From Oscillospiraceae bacterium (lineage in GTDB: Bacteria; Bacillota; Clostridia; Oscillospirales; SIG627), in the NCBI GenBank assembly GCA_015064635.1, contig SVRV01000005.1, forward strand, positions 32,858 to 96,857: DNA of 64,000 nucleotides, read 5' to 3'. The stretch's first letter is position 1, and the number at the start of each line of letters is the position of its first letter. Shown here in pieces: positions 1-9,290 of the stretch. The notes under the pieces are model-generated. The model was given only the letters and a program-made list of their open reading frames with translations. It had not been told where the DNA came from and searched no databases. A program made the position numbers and the translations under genes.

Positions 1-549
1 AAGCACTTTGTCGGTAAACACTTTGGTTCCCTCGGGTGTGTAGTAGTGTACCGCATCAGAATGCGCACTATCAGTTAAAGTAAGCGAGGTGGCATAAAGG
101 TCATTCACCTCAAATCCGTGTTCCTTGACGATTTCAACTGCCGCTGCGTTATATGCTTCGATTTCCTCATTATAGCGTTTAAAGTCACGGCTCATCTTTT
201 CGGATTGCACACTTGTTGATGTGGCAAATATAACCTTTGCATTGGGATATATCTTCTTTATTCTGACACATATTCTGTCTATGTAATACTTATAGAATTC
301 AATAGGCGTATGAGGGTCCTCTCCAAAAAGCCTGAGGCAATCCCAAAGTCCCGCATTCCAATGCAAAACATCTATTTTTTCGGCACCACCCGACAAAGCG
401 CTGTACTCATGAAGGTTTCTGAGCAAATATGCCGCAAATCTGCAATTCTCTTCAGGGAAATACACATTTGCAATCCCTTCAAGAGTCTTTTTTACCGAGC
501 TATCATATCCTCTGCGGATAGAATCTCCAAGCAGCAATACATTTTTCAT
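1..549 (-). CDS. SGNH/GDSL-family hydrolase (C-terminal part runs off the window edge)
   Basis: Own reverse translation from ATG at 549: MKNVLLLGDSIRRGYD...HWNAGLWD...DSAHSDAVHYYTPEG. It shows the GDS, N and DxxH blocks of SGNH hydrolases. The frame is open to base 1. Not in the ORF track because no stop lies in the window. Confidence 0.6.
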   Translation of the reverse strand, partial: MKNVLLLGDSIRRGYDSSVKKTLEGIANVYFPEENCRFAAYLLRNLHEYSALSGGAEKIDVLHWNAGLWDCLRLFGEDPHTPIEFYKYYIDRICVRIKKIYPNAKVIFATSTSVQSEKMSRDFKRYNEEIEAYNAAAVEIVKEHGFEVNDLYATSLTLTDSAHSDAVHYYTPEGTKVFTDKVL

Positions 550-551
550 AT

Positions 552-1256
552 TTATACCCCCATTTCTTTTACAAGCAATTCAAACATCACCTTATATCCA
601 TCGTCGTTCGGATGGAGTCCGTCTCTAAGAAGTGTTTCGAAGAAAATATTCTCTTTTTCACAATACTCCAAAAACAAATCGTACAAGCTGATAAAAGCAA
701 ATCCGCATTCCTTTTGTGCCTTCTTGTACAGAGCATCTATCGTACCGGTTTGAATTATTCTCCAATAATTTTCCCCATCCTCATAATCATTTGCCTTTGA
801 TGCGGGAATATTTGCGACGAATATCACCTTGATGTTCGCATCGGTGAATTTTTTGTTCAGTTTGAGGATATTCGAATAAAACGTGTCGCTGATTTCCTCT
901 CGTGTAGGTTTTTTATCAACTTCATTGAAAAATTTATGGCGGTTGTTTGTTCCAATGGTGCATATTACAATATCATCATCCTTATCGACAAGGATATCAA
1001 AATTTTCTATTATATACTCTATTGTTGTACCGCTGCAGCCATTATTCACAACGGTACAATTATACTTTTCTTCCATATACTCACGGAAAAGCTTTGCCCA
1101 ACAATAACCCTTCGTGTTACGACGAAAGCCTTTTATAAATTCTTCTCCGTCCTGCTTATAATCAGTACCACCCGAGCCATGTGTTATGGAGTCTCCCAAA
1201 AGCTTGATATTTACTTTCTTCCCTCTTTCAAGTAAATTTCTCAGCATTTCAATCAT
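552..1256 (-). CDS. SGNH/GDSL-family hydrolase (lipase/acylhydrolase-like)
   Basis: 234-aa ORF with LLGDSITHGSGG (block I), GTNN (block III) and DGLHPND (block V). Confidence 0.8.
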   Translation of the reverse strand: MIEMLRNLLERGKKVNIKLLGDSITHGSGGTDYKQDGEEFIKGFRRNTKGYCWAKLFREYMEEKYNCTVVNNGCSGTTIEYIIENFDILVDKDDDIVICTIGTNNRHKFFNEVDKKPTREEISDTFYSNILKLNKKFTDANIKVIFVANIPASKANDYEDGENYWRIIQTGTIDALYKKAQKECGFAFISLYDLFLEYCEKENIFFETLLRDGLHPNDDGYKVMFELLVKEMGV

Positions 1257-1329
1257 CTTTCTATTCTCCTATCAATTTTTACAAGTATACCACTGTCAAT
1301 CTATATCATAGATAAAAGCTCTGTGATTC

Positions 1330-1890
1330 CTATTTCAGCTTCAAGCCATCACTAAACGCTTTTCCGACTATATCACCGATTTTTCGATATGTATGATATA
1401 TCGGGTCGTATGTAATAGGGCTGAATTTATTCAAATCAATTTTACCGTTGTCGTCAAGAATTCTCTCATCTGCCAAAACATTTACGATTTCTCCAACAAG
1501 TCTGCAGTCTTCTTCATCGTAGCCTATAAGCTTGCATTCAAGCGTCATGGGAAGCTCCTCAAAAATCGGCGCATTTACATGCTCACTCCTTGTAACATGC
1601 CAGCCTGTTTTTTCTATTTTATCAGGTTCTTTATTGCCGGAAACAATACCTACATAGTCACAAGCCACAACGTTTTCCGCATCAGCAACGCTCACAGTAA
1701 ACGCACCCGATTTCACAACATTCTTTGCGGTCTTGTGCCCGTCATCAATACAAATAGAAATCTGTGTTTCCTCACTGATACCGCCCCATGCGGCATTCAT
1801 TGCATTTGCTTTTCCGTTTTCGTCGTATGTGCCGATAATCAACACCGGCATCGGATATAAAATAGCTTTCGCTCCAAAGCTTTTTCTCAT
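1330..1890 (-). CDS. Flavin reductase-like FMN-binding protein
   Basis: 186-aa ORF. The N-terminus PMPVLIIGTYDENGKANAMNAAWGG is typical of the flavin reductase/flavoredoxin split-barrel family. ATGA overlap with the upstream gene. Confidence 0.7.
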   Translation of the reverse strand: MRKSFGAKAILYPMPVLIIGTYDENGKANAMNAAWGGISEETQISICIDDGHKTAKNVVKSGAFTVSVADAENVVACDYVGIVSGNKEPDKIEKTGWHVTRSEHVNAPIFEELPMTLECKLIGYDEEDCRLVGEIVNVLADERILDDNGKIDLNKFSPITYDPIYHTYRKIGDIVGKAFSDGLKLK

Positions 1891-2237
1891 AACCTTTCAC
1901 TCCATTCGCTTTCCTTGAATCCAACTAAAACAAAATCTTTTCCAATCACGATTGGACGTTTAACAAGCATCCCGTCTGTTGCGAGAAGTTTTAATTGCTC
2001 ATCTTCCGACATTGTAGGAAGCTTGGACTTAAGTTCCATTGACTTATACAAAAGCCCGGAGGTGTTAAAGAATTTTTTCAAGGGCAGTCCACTCATCTTG
2101 TACCAGGCATTAAGTTCCTCCAAGCTGGGATTTGCTTCCTTTATGTCACGAAGTGTATGCTCAATCTTGTTGTCATCAAGCCACTTTTTCGCCTTCTGAC
2201 AGGTCGTGCATTTGGGGTAACAAATAAATTCAATCAT
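1887..2237 (-). CDS. ArsC/Spx/YffB-family thioredoxin-fold protein
   Basis: 116 aa. N-terminal CPKCTTC...KWL...DIKE pattern and a size typical of the ArsC/Spx family. Confidence 0.7.
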   Translation of the reverse strand: MIEFICYPKCTTCQKAKKWLDDNKIEHTLRDIKEANPSLEELNAWYKMSGLPLKKFFNTSGLLYKSMELKSKLPTMSEDEQLKLLATDGMLVKRPIVIGKDFVLVGFKESEWSERL

Positions 2238-2247
2238 GATTTTTCTC

Positions 2248-3012
2248 CTAAATATAAAGTTTGTTCGGCTTTATCCCACCGCAGCGGTCACGAAGTCGCT
2301 CTTCTAAAGCCGATGTGACCTCGGGAGAATTGTGCCTTGCCTTCACGGGACATACACTTACGCAATGCATACACGAAAAGCACCTGTCTGTATCCACGGT
2401 CTTGACGTTTTCCATAGGTATAGCGTTCACAGGACACTCAATAGCGCATTTCTTACAGTTGACACAAGCATCATCAACCACAAGGCTCATACTCGATGCC
2501 TTGAAATCCTTGTATGGACGGTTGCCCGGAAACTCGGGAGCTGTCACATCTCCACATTTAAGCTTTTCACAAATTTTCTTTGCAAATGCTTCAAGCACTT
2601 CCCTGTCATCATCATTTGGTCTTCCGCTGCCGTACATACGCACAAGTGAATGCTCGGCTACCGCCTCAATTCCCGCAATTACATTAAATCCAACCGATAC
2701 AGCGAGGTCATACAATTCAACCAGAGTATCATCAATGGCACGGTTTCCGAATACCGCAACCAAAGCCACTCTTGCTTCGTTGGCTTTAAATTCCTTTATT
2801 TTTTCACACGCATTTTGAGGAACTCTTCCTCCAAATGCGGGTACGGAAATAATGCAAACATCCTCTTTAGCAAAAGCCTTGTTAAAATCGCCTTTCTTTA
2901 AAAGGTCAATTTCTTCAAAGCTCTCCGATATCGCACCGGATATAATATCCGAAACCTTTTTGGTGCCACCCGTCGGGCTGAAATAAACGCTATATATTGG
3001 CATTTTTATCAT
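2248..3012 (-). CDS. Flavodoxin-like domain fused to a 2x[4Fe-4S] ferredoxin domain (EFR1-type)
   Basis: The N-terminus YFSPTGGTKK is flavodoxin-like. The C-terminus carries CVNCKKCAIECP and CFSCMHCVSVCP motifs. Confidence 0.7.
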   Translation of the reverse strand: MIKMPIYSVYFSPTGGTKKVSDIISGAISESFEEIDLLKKGDFNKAFAKEDVCIISVPAFGGRVPQNACEKIKEFKANEARVALVAVFGNRAIDDTLVELYDLAVSVGFNVIAGIEAVAEHSLVRMYGSGRPNDDDREVLEAFAKKICEKLKCGDVTAPEFPGNRPYKDFKASSMSLVVDDACVNCKKCAIECPVNAIPMENVKTVDTDRCFSCMHCVSVCPVKARHNSPEVTSALEERLRDRCGGIKPNKLYI

Positions 3013-3116
3013 CCTCCAAAATCTCTGCGAAAATACTTACCAATGACATTATATCACGAACTCAAGATTATTGAAAGTGTGTTTTGAAAAAATACAAAAT
3101 TTATTATCCAACTAAT

Positions 3117-3149
3117 GTCAAAAAAGGGCTCGGAATAATCCGAACCCTT
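3117..3149 (-). terminator. Rho-independent terminator after rubrerythrin
   Basis: On the minus strand, GGGTTCGGA-TTAT-TCCGAGCCC is followed by TTTTTTG. Confidence 0.7.
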
Positions 3150-3166
3150 GAATTTTTAGTGTTTTA

Positions 3167-3754
3167 TTACTTGAAATATCTCTTAAGAAGTCCTTCAAGA
3201 CCACGTCCATGACGAGCTTCGTCTCTTGCCATCTCATGAACTGTATCGTGGATAGCGTCGAGTCCGTTCTTCTTAGCGCAGGAAGCGAGGTCGAACTTGC
3301 CCTGTGTTGCACCATACTCACAGTCAACTCTCCACTTGAGGTTGTCCTTTGTGGTAGCCTTCATGTTGGGCTCAAGGTCCTCTCCGAGGAGTTCTGCAAA
3401 CTTAGCTGCGTGCTCTGCTTCTTCAAAAGCTGCCTTTTCCCAGTAAAGACCGATTTCGGGATATCCTTCTCTATGTGCTATTCTTGCCATGCAGAGATAC
3501 ATACCAACTTCAGCGCACTCGCCGTTGAAATTAGCCATGAGCTGCTCGAAAATGTACTTCTTATCTTCTTCTGAAATGTCAGGATTATTCTTTACTGTCT
3601 TGCCATATACGCCATACTCGTGCTCAGCCGCAAGAGCTGCGCCTTCTTCCATTACCTTAAACTTGCTTGCGGGCACCTTGCATACAGGGCACTTATCGGG
3701 AGCAGCATCTCCCTCGTGAACATAACCGCATACTGAACATACAAACTTTGCCAT
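3167..3754 (-). CDS. rbr: Reverse rubrerythrin (N-terminal rubredoxin domain plus ferritin-like diiron domain)
   Basis: CSVCGYV...CPVCKVP rubredoxin motif at the N-terminus, followed by the EGECAE...EEAEHA...EARH diiron ligand pattern. Confidence 0.85.
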   Translation of the reverse strand: MAKFVCSVCGYVHEGDAAPDKCPVCKVPASKFKVMEEGAALAAEHEYGVYGKTVKNNPDISEEDKKYIFEQLMANFNGECAEVGMYLCMARIAHREGYPEIGLYWEKAAFEEAEHAAKFAELLGEDLEPNMKATTKDNLKWRVDCEYGATQGKFDLASCAKKNGLDAIHDTVHEMARDEARHGRGLEGLLKRYFK

Positions 3755-3780
3755 AACCTTTTTTCTCCTTTAAATAAATA

Positions 3781-4224
3781 TTATTTTAAATTTTCAATGA
3801 TATCGAGGGATGACACCTCGGGGTCTGTGATACTTCTCACTGTAACGGATTTTAACATATCTGTAAGCGCTTCGTTTATAGCGGCAAATGCTATGTGCAT
3901 TTTACATCCCATCTTGTTAGTTCCGTTTCGTGAGCAGGGGTGGTCATCTGAGAGACATTTTGAAATGCTCACTTCCCCTTCGATTGCTTCAATTATTTTG
4001 CATACCGTCAGCTTTTCGGGATTACTCACTAACATGTAACCCCCTACAGCACCCTGCTGTGAGTCTACTATGCCTTTTGCTTTGAGTTTTCTCAATACCT
4101 TGAGCGCTATTGCTTTACTTATAGCAACCTTGCCTGCTATACTCTCCGCATCAAGCATCCCGTCCGTTTCATCAAGAACACAGCATATACGGATTGCATA
4201 ATCTGATTCCTGTGTTACTTTCAT
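3781..4224 (-). CDS. Rrf2-family transcriptional regulator (three-Cys, probable Fe-S sensing)
   Basis: MKVTQESDYAIRI... winged HTH, 147 aa, with a C-x6-C-x10-C cluster (CLSDDHPCSRNGTNKMGC). Confidence 0.85.
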   Translation of the reverse strand: MKVTQESDYAIRICCVLDETDGMLDAESIAGKVAISKAIALKVLRKLKAKGIVDSQQGAVGGYMLVSNPEKLTVCKIIEAIEGEVSISKCLSDDHPCSRNGTNKMGCKMHIAFAAINEALTDMLKSVTVRSITDPEVSSLDIIENLK

Positions 4225-4247
4225 GGACTTTCTCCATTTCTTTTATC

Positions 4248-4266
4248 GTGTACCTTTTTGGTACAC
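4248..4266. promoter_or_regulatory. 7-5-7 inverted repeat GTGTACC-TTTTT-GGTACAC, candidate Rrf2 operator
   Basis: Perfect palindrome immediately downstream of the predicted -10 of the rrf2-rbr promoter and 24 nt upstream of the rrf2 ATG. Confidence 0.45.
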
Positions 4267-4270
4267 TTTA

Positions 4271-4298
4271 ATTATACACAAAAAAAGGTATTTGTCAA
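4271..4298 (-). promoter_or_regulatory. Sigma-A type promoter for rrf2-rubrerythrin
   Basis: Minus strand: TTGACA (4298-4293), 16-nt spacer, TATAAT (4276-4271). Confidence 0.55.
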
Positions 4299-4307
4299 TA
4301 CCTTTTT
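4280..4307 (-). terminator. Rho-independent terminator after the GT2-LtaS gene
   Basis: Minus strand: AAGGTAT-TGACAA-ATACCTT followed by a T7 run. It overlaps the -35 of the rrf2 promoter. Confidence 0.7.
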
Positions 4308-7300
4308 TTAATCTTTTTTTATTTTTTTAAAATAATCGTATTTCAGCGTAAGATCATTCCTTGTTATAAGGGAATTTACGACCTCGTTGTGAGCTTCGAT
4401 GTACGCTTTATCTACCTCACTATCCACAGCTACGGCGCCAAGCTCTACATAATTTTCTCCGTCATACCACGAATAGTCACTGAAAAACGCATACCCTTTG
4501 TATGAGGGATCAAAGATGTCGTTTCCAATATAATATCCGTCCTGATACTCGATTCCGAAAAGATTGAGCAGGGTTGGAAGAATATCAAGTTGCGAATTTG
4601 TTTTTTCTACAACCTCACCCTGAATATCCTTTGACCAAATTAGGAAAGGAGTATGATTTATCAAATTATTGTGTGTCGTCTTATGCTTATCAAGAATTGA
4701 TTTATCATTGAGAGTATACAGATAATGGTCGGCAAAAGCAACTATTACGGTATTATCCGAAAGTCCGTTATCCTCAAGTGCCTGCATAAGAAGTCCGATC
4801 ATATCATCGGTCTCGGTAGCATAAAGACGAGCTACATCCTCTTCCGTGTACTCCTCCGGGTTAACCTCTTCGCCGTAAAGCTTTTGAGACAAAGCCTCAC
4901 CTGTTTTGCTATCCATTGAAAAAGGGGTATGAGGAGTATAGGTAATGATGTAATTCAAAAACGGCTTGTCCTGAAGAAACATATTGCTGTAAAATGTTTC
5001 ATTATTTATAAGCTCCGTATCCAGATACAAGGCACCGTCATTATATTTGCAGTCGTCTATCAGGCTGTAATAGTTATCGTATCCCCAATTTTTATAATTC
5101 AGCTCTCTCATATAATACTCTCCCGTATTCATATGGAAAGCATTTGCGACGTATCCACGTTCCTTAAAAAGCTTGGGAAGTGTTTTGGGGAAAGAATTAT
5201 TATTGAAGAGATATGCGTTTTTTGAATAAGATACAGGCGTTAAAAATCCGGTAGAAACCGCAAATTCAGAATTGAAGGTAGAGCCTCCGCCGTTGTAATA
5301 GGAATAATGGTCATCAAACACAAACGAATTCTCTGTCAATGCAGTAAAATTCGGCATATCGTTTTCGTTAAACAACCATGAATCTATTCCTTCAAGCTGA
5401 AGAATTATAAGGTTCTTTCCTTCAAAGATTCCTGTATAATCATTTTTTTCGTGATTGGTCAACTCCGAATAGGAATTCTCCAAGAACTCTGCTTCGTGTG
5501 CATCTATTTCATTATCTTCGTTTGTCAAGGTCTTCCATGCGTCTCTTGCAGTGTATTCGAAAAGTCCGCATATTTTGATACTCTTGTTTGCATCGCCGAA
5601 GGATTCATAAACGTTTCGGGGATTGCGCCAGGTATCCCACTCCAATGCGCTGTTCGCACTTCCGTAAAGCACAGGAGTCGCAAAGCGCAACAACATGAAA
5701 GAGGAAATGGAAACGAGAATAAGTTTCCAATTAGTTTTTTTACTTCTTGGGAATTTCACCACAGCGACAATACCCAGCACCAGGGCAATACCGAATAGCA
5801 CATATGAATACAAGGAAGAATTCTTTACCGTATCCCAAATATATGCCGCTCCTTCTTCCACAGAACCCAAAAGTTTGAAATTAAAGAAGAAACCTGTATA
5901 CGGATAATAAACAAGGTGCGTTGTGTAAACAGTGAAAAAAAGAGCAAAGAATACTCCGTAAAGTATCTGTCCGATTCTACCCTTTAAAAACGTAGAAATG
6001 CACACAACAAAGGCTATCCACAAGGCAGAAAACAGAAGGCTTGGAATTACTGCCTTCCACTGGAAATAGTTTATTCCCAGTGACATAATACGAATAGTCA
6101 CATCCATAAAAACAAAAGGCAGCACCAAAAATAAAATCTTGGTTGTTATTTTTTTATTATTTTTTTTTACCGTTTCTTTTTTTGAGGATTTTTCTATATT
6201 CTCAATCGTAATCTTACTCGTGTGAGGAATAGGCTTCCATTCGACTTTTTTAAACAGAGCAACATATGTTGTCCATCTTCCTATTATATCAAAAACAGGC
6301 CAGGTAATCGAATATAAAATCTTTTTACGAAGAGGCATTTTTATAATGCGGTTTCTTTCGGTAAAAAGAACGTACGCCGCCATAAACATATGCTTAATAT
6401 GGTAATTAATACGACTGAGCAAATTCCACAACACAACCACTCCAACAGTAGTGACCATAGCGGTAAAGCCCGGTGTCATATTTATGGGATTTGTTCCAAA
6501 AATCCACGAGAGAGCTCTTGTAAGAATGTTCTTTGCAGGGTCGAGTAAAACCCAATCGGTAATGCCATTTGTGTAGCTGAAGCAAGCTCCGATGATAATG
6601 GGAACAATAAGCCAAAGGAATACCTTTACAACAGCAGACGGGAAACAATGCACCAAAACGTCATAGGACGCAAATCTCTGTCTTATACCCTCAACAAAAC
6701 GCTTCTTCGTCATAGGTTCTTTTTTGGTTTTGTCCTTGTAGCAATTGCCTACAAATATATTCTTGAAAAGATATGGACCTATCTCAACAAAGGCAAGAAG
6801 GTGTCCCTTTGACCAGCGCAGTCTCTGTCGGAGTGCCACCTTAAGGCTTGTTGGCTGTTCATCGTAGAACATTGCGGCATCGCAATAGGATATGGGATAT
6901 CCGTGTGCTACCGCATCGGCTGTAAATGCGCGGTCTTCCGTAAGGGAGGTATAATTCCAACCGTCCTTCACAAGCTCGTTTGCGAATAAGAAGCCTGTTC
7001 CTTGAATGTTTGTAGCAAGTCGTAATACTGATCTTGCTCTGTGTCTTATTCTTATTGTACGAAGCCAATGTATTGCATAGCTGAAAGCTATCCAATTTTC
7101 GTCAAAGTTCTTGGTGTTTCGGTATGAGGTGATTATCTTTTCTCCCTCGTCAAACGCCTCGTTCATCCTTGATACGTAATCGGGGCTTAGAAGGTTGTCC
7201 GCATCAAACACAAAATATCCTTCATATGCTTCGATTCCGTAATCCTTTTTTATGTTTTCAAACAAGAACTGAAGGGCAAATCCCTTTGTTCTGCGCTCGC

Positions 7301-7646
7301 TATCAAATCTTTCGTAGCAAACAGCACCCTTTTCTCTGACTATTTCAGCCGTTTTATCGGTGCAGTTGTCGGCTACTACAAATACATCTATATATTCACT
7401 CGGATAGTCCTGATTCTTTATACTGTCAAGCAGGTTTCCTATAACCTTTTCTTCATTTCGTGCCGCTATTACTATTGCGTATTTATGTAATTTGTCGGTG
7501 GGCTTAAACTTTCTTGTGATGAAAAAACCCATCACTGTATATATTACAAAGTGTGCTGTCAATTTACCAACTATGAATAAAATAATTCCTCTGACCACGG
7601 CAGAAGCTTCATAAATAGAAGCAATCGCCTCAATCACAGTTTCCAA
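4308..7646 (-). CDS. Fusion protein: processive family-2 glycosyltransferase (synthase-type) plus a polytopic membrane region plus an LtaS/sulfatase-like phosphotransferase domain
   Basis: 1112 aa. N-terminal half: VADN (D93), FDAD (148-150), TED (236-238) and QRLRW (274-278; nt 6813-6827). A Lys-rich linker lies around aa 483-503, followed by about 5 TM helices. C-terminal half: LQLEGIDSW...GGGSTFNSEF (Thr790, nt 5277-5279)...FADHY, typical of the LtaS/alkaline-phosphatase superfamily. Confidence 0.8.
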   Translation of the reverse strand: METVIEAIASIYEASAVVRGIILFIVGKLTAHFVIYTVMGFFITRKFKPTDKLHKYAIVIAARNEEKVIGNLLDSIKNQDYPSEYIDVFVVADNCTDKTAEIVREKGAVCYERFDSERRTKGFALQFLFENIKKDYGIEAYEGYFVFDADNLLSPDYVSRMNEAFDEGEKIITSYRNTKNFDENWIAFSYAIHWLRTIRIRHRARSVLRLATNIQGTGFLFANELVKDGWNYTSLTEDRAFTADAVAHGYPISYCDAAMFYDEQPTSLKVALRQRLRWSKGHLLAFVEIGPYLFKNIFVGNCYKDKTKKEPMTKKRFVEGIRQRFASYDVLVHCFPSAVVKVFLWLIVPIIIGACFSYTNGITDWVLLDPAKNILTRALSWIFGTNPINMTPGFTAMVTTVGVVVLWNLLSRINYHIKHMFMAAYVLFTERNRIIKMPLRKKILYSITWPVFDIIGRWTTYVALFKKVEWKPIPHTSKITIENIEKSSKKETVKKNNKKITTKILFLVLPFVFMDVTIRIMSLGINYFQWKAVIPSLLFSALWIAFVVCISTFLKGRIGQILYGVFFALFFTVYTTHLVYYPYTGFFFNFKLLGSVEEGAAYIWDTVKNSSLYSYVLFGIALVLGIVAVVKFPRSKKTNWKLILVSISSFMLLRFATPVLYGSANSALEWDTWRNPRNVYESFGDANKSIKICGLFEYTARDAWKTLTNEDNEIDAHEAEFLENSYSELTNHEKNDYTGIFEGKNLIILQLEGIDSWLFNENDMPNFTALTENSFVFDDHYSYYNGGGSTFNSEFAVSTGFLTPVSYSKNAYLFNNNSFPKTLPKLFKERGYVANAFHMNTGEYYMRELNYKNWGYDNYYSLIDDCKYNDGALYLDTELINNETFYSNMFLQDKPFLNYIITYTPHTPFSMDSKTGEALSQKLYGEEVNPEEYTEEDVARLYATETDDMIGLLMQALEDNGLSDNTVIVAFADHYLYTLNDKSILDKHKTTHNNLINHTPFLIWSKDIQGEVVEKTNSQLDILPTLLNLFGIEYQDGYYIGNDIFDPSYKGYAFFSDYSWYDGENYVELGAVAVDSEVDKAYIEAHNEVVNSLITRNDLTLKYDYFKKIKKD

Positions 7647-7701
7647 ATTCGCACCTCCTCATATAAAATCTATTTCATAAATAAACATTTTTTGACTACT
7701 T

Positions 7702-7730
7702 ATAATAACATGTAAAAAACATTTTGTCAA
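7702..7730 (-). promoter_or_regulatory. Candidate sigma-A promoter for the GT2-LtaS gene
   Basis: Minus strand: TTGACA (7730-7725), 17 nt, TATTAT (7707-7702). Confidence 0.45.
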
Positions 7731-7800
7731 GTAAAGCCCGTAAAAAGGGAAATATTGATAATTTTATCATTTTGATTCCCTCAGTATTTGTAAAATAGTA

Positions 7801-7831
7801 CAAAAAATGAGCTGTCATACGAGACAGCTCA
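7801..7831 (-). terminator. Rho-independent terminator after the GH39-like gene
   Basis: 9-bp stem TGAGCTGTC/GACAGCTCA with a 6-nt loop, then a T-run on the minus strand. Confidence 0.75.
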
Positions 7832-7843
7832 CTTGATGGTTTA

Positions 7844-9190
7844 TTATTCAAATTCAATAAAGGCAATCGACTGACAGGGACCGAGGTTCACCTTAAATTC
7901 TTTTTCCGGCGTTTTGTCAGCAAAAAGTGTAGGGAAACAAGGAGATGTATCCGAATGCATTTTATAAAATTTCATGGAATCAAATTTTTCGACCCCCTTG
8001 AAATTGATAGTAATTTCTGTGTTAATATGTTCCTTCTCCATATTACATATCATGACACCCGCCTTCTTACCATTTGTTGCAGCGCAGACAGCTACGGGTG
8101 ATTTCTCGTCAAATGCACCGCTTTCAACCTCTGTCCCAAGCTTATAAAGCTTACCAAACATTTCAAACGGGAAGAAATCGGCAAGGGGTGCTTTTTCCAT
8201 GCTGACCAGACAGTTGAACAACGTTGTTCTTCTCAGGTCATAATACATCATCATATCAACAAGGCTCTTCTGTCCTGCAATAAGTGCTATGCCGGTCTCT
8301 GCCGACACCTGAAGACTATGACGCTCATAATGTCCCTTGAAATATCCGTTATGCCATTCGTCAAGTATTATTTCAGCCTCCTTGAATCCCATAGAGTCAA
8401 GCCAAGCGCGAGTACCGTTGTTATATTCATAAAGGTCTCTCGGGTCATTCAGGTACCTATGATACGAAAAGAAGTCAAGGGGTGCCTTTGTCTTTTCGTC
8501 GGTTATATATTTAAAGAAAGCATATGTAAAGTCACGACAATACTCATGGCGTTCGGTAAGCTCTTCCACAAAAAGATAATTGGTATTTGTCGCAGCAAAT
8601 CCACCTATCTTTATTTTATCACCAAAGCATTTTTTCAAATGATTTGCAGTCACGCTGTAAAGCTCAAAGTACTGTTCCCACGTACCCGTCCACATATTGT
8701 GGTTTTTTCCTTCGGGTTCATTCCAGATTTCCCAATATTCTATACCGTAATAAAAACCATTCGCCCAGCCTTCGTTGTAATGACGAATTATATGCTCACA
8801 TACTCTTGCCCATTTACCCGCATCCTTTGGAGGATGGATATAAAGAGGATTCGGAGTATGGTCAATAGATTCACCAAGTCGGTAAAAAGGCTTGCCGCCC
8901 GCTTCTATAATGCCTTTAAGGCAAATATCCGTTGCCCAGAAATTATAGGATTCCGGAAGATTTTCATCGGCATCAAAATTCGGGAATATACAGTGTATAT
9001 CAACAAGCTGGTCGCAACCATAAGGACCGTCTGTATCATGCAGACGGGAGTACGGGATTGCCATCTGTCTGTAATAGTTAGATATATCCCAGCCGCCCAT
9101 CATGCCCTGAACCGGCTGATTGTTAACTGCGTGAATAGGTTTTATTTTTCCTTTTTTAATGTCAAAATTGATATTAATGTCGTATGTCAT
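7844..9190 (-). CDS. Clan GH-A glycoside hydrolase, GH39-like
   Basis: 448 aa, no signal peptide. IHAVNNQP, SRLHD and YWEIWNEPEG (acid/base Glu context) resemble GH39 beta-xylosidase/iduronidase-type enzymes. The family assignment is by motif only. Confidence 0.55.
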   Translation of the reverse strand: MTYDININFDIKKGKIKPIHAVNNQPVQGMMGGWDISNYYRQMAIPYSRLHDTDGPYGCDQLVDIHCIFPNFDADENLPESYNFWATDICLKGIIEAGGKPFYRLGESIDHTPNPLYIHPPKDAGKWARVCEHIIRHYNEGWANGFYYGIEYWEIWNEPEGKNHNMWTGTWEQYFELYSVTANHLKKCFGDKIKIGGFAATNTNYLFVEELTERHEYCRDFTYAFFKYITDEKTKAPLDFFSYHRYLNDPRDLYEYNNGTRAWLDSMGFKEAEIILDEWHNGYFKGHYERHSLQVSAETGIALIAGQKSLVDMMMYYDLRRTTLFNCLVSMEKAPLADFFPFEMFGKLYKLGTEVESGAFDEKSPVAVCAATNGKKAGVMICNMEKEHINTEITINFKGVEKFDSMKFYKMHSDTSPCFPTLFADKTPEKEFKVNLGPCQSIAFIEFE

Positions 9191-9290
9191 TTTTCACACC
9201 ATCCTTTATGGTTATGATAAGGCATTTTAAAAGTTATGTCAACCCCTTTTTGCCCACAAAAGCAATTTTTATAAAACAAAAAGCAAAAAT

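Noticed and set aside
8318-9217. Long antisense ORFs in the six-frame track (for example 8318-9217 +, 14438-14950 -, 16502-17152 -, 18201-18680 -, 20371-20994 -, 30855-31499 -, 33253-33762 -, 35067-35570 -, 36436-36888 -, 38579-39070 -, 48159-48680 +).
   Set aside because: Each lies entirely inside a longer opposite-strand ORF with clear family motifs. They lack RBSs and have low-complexity or odd composition. They are shadow ORFs of the real genes.
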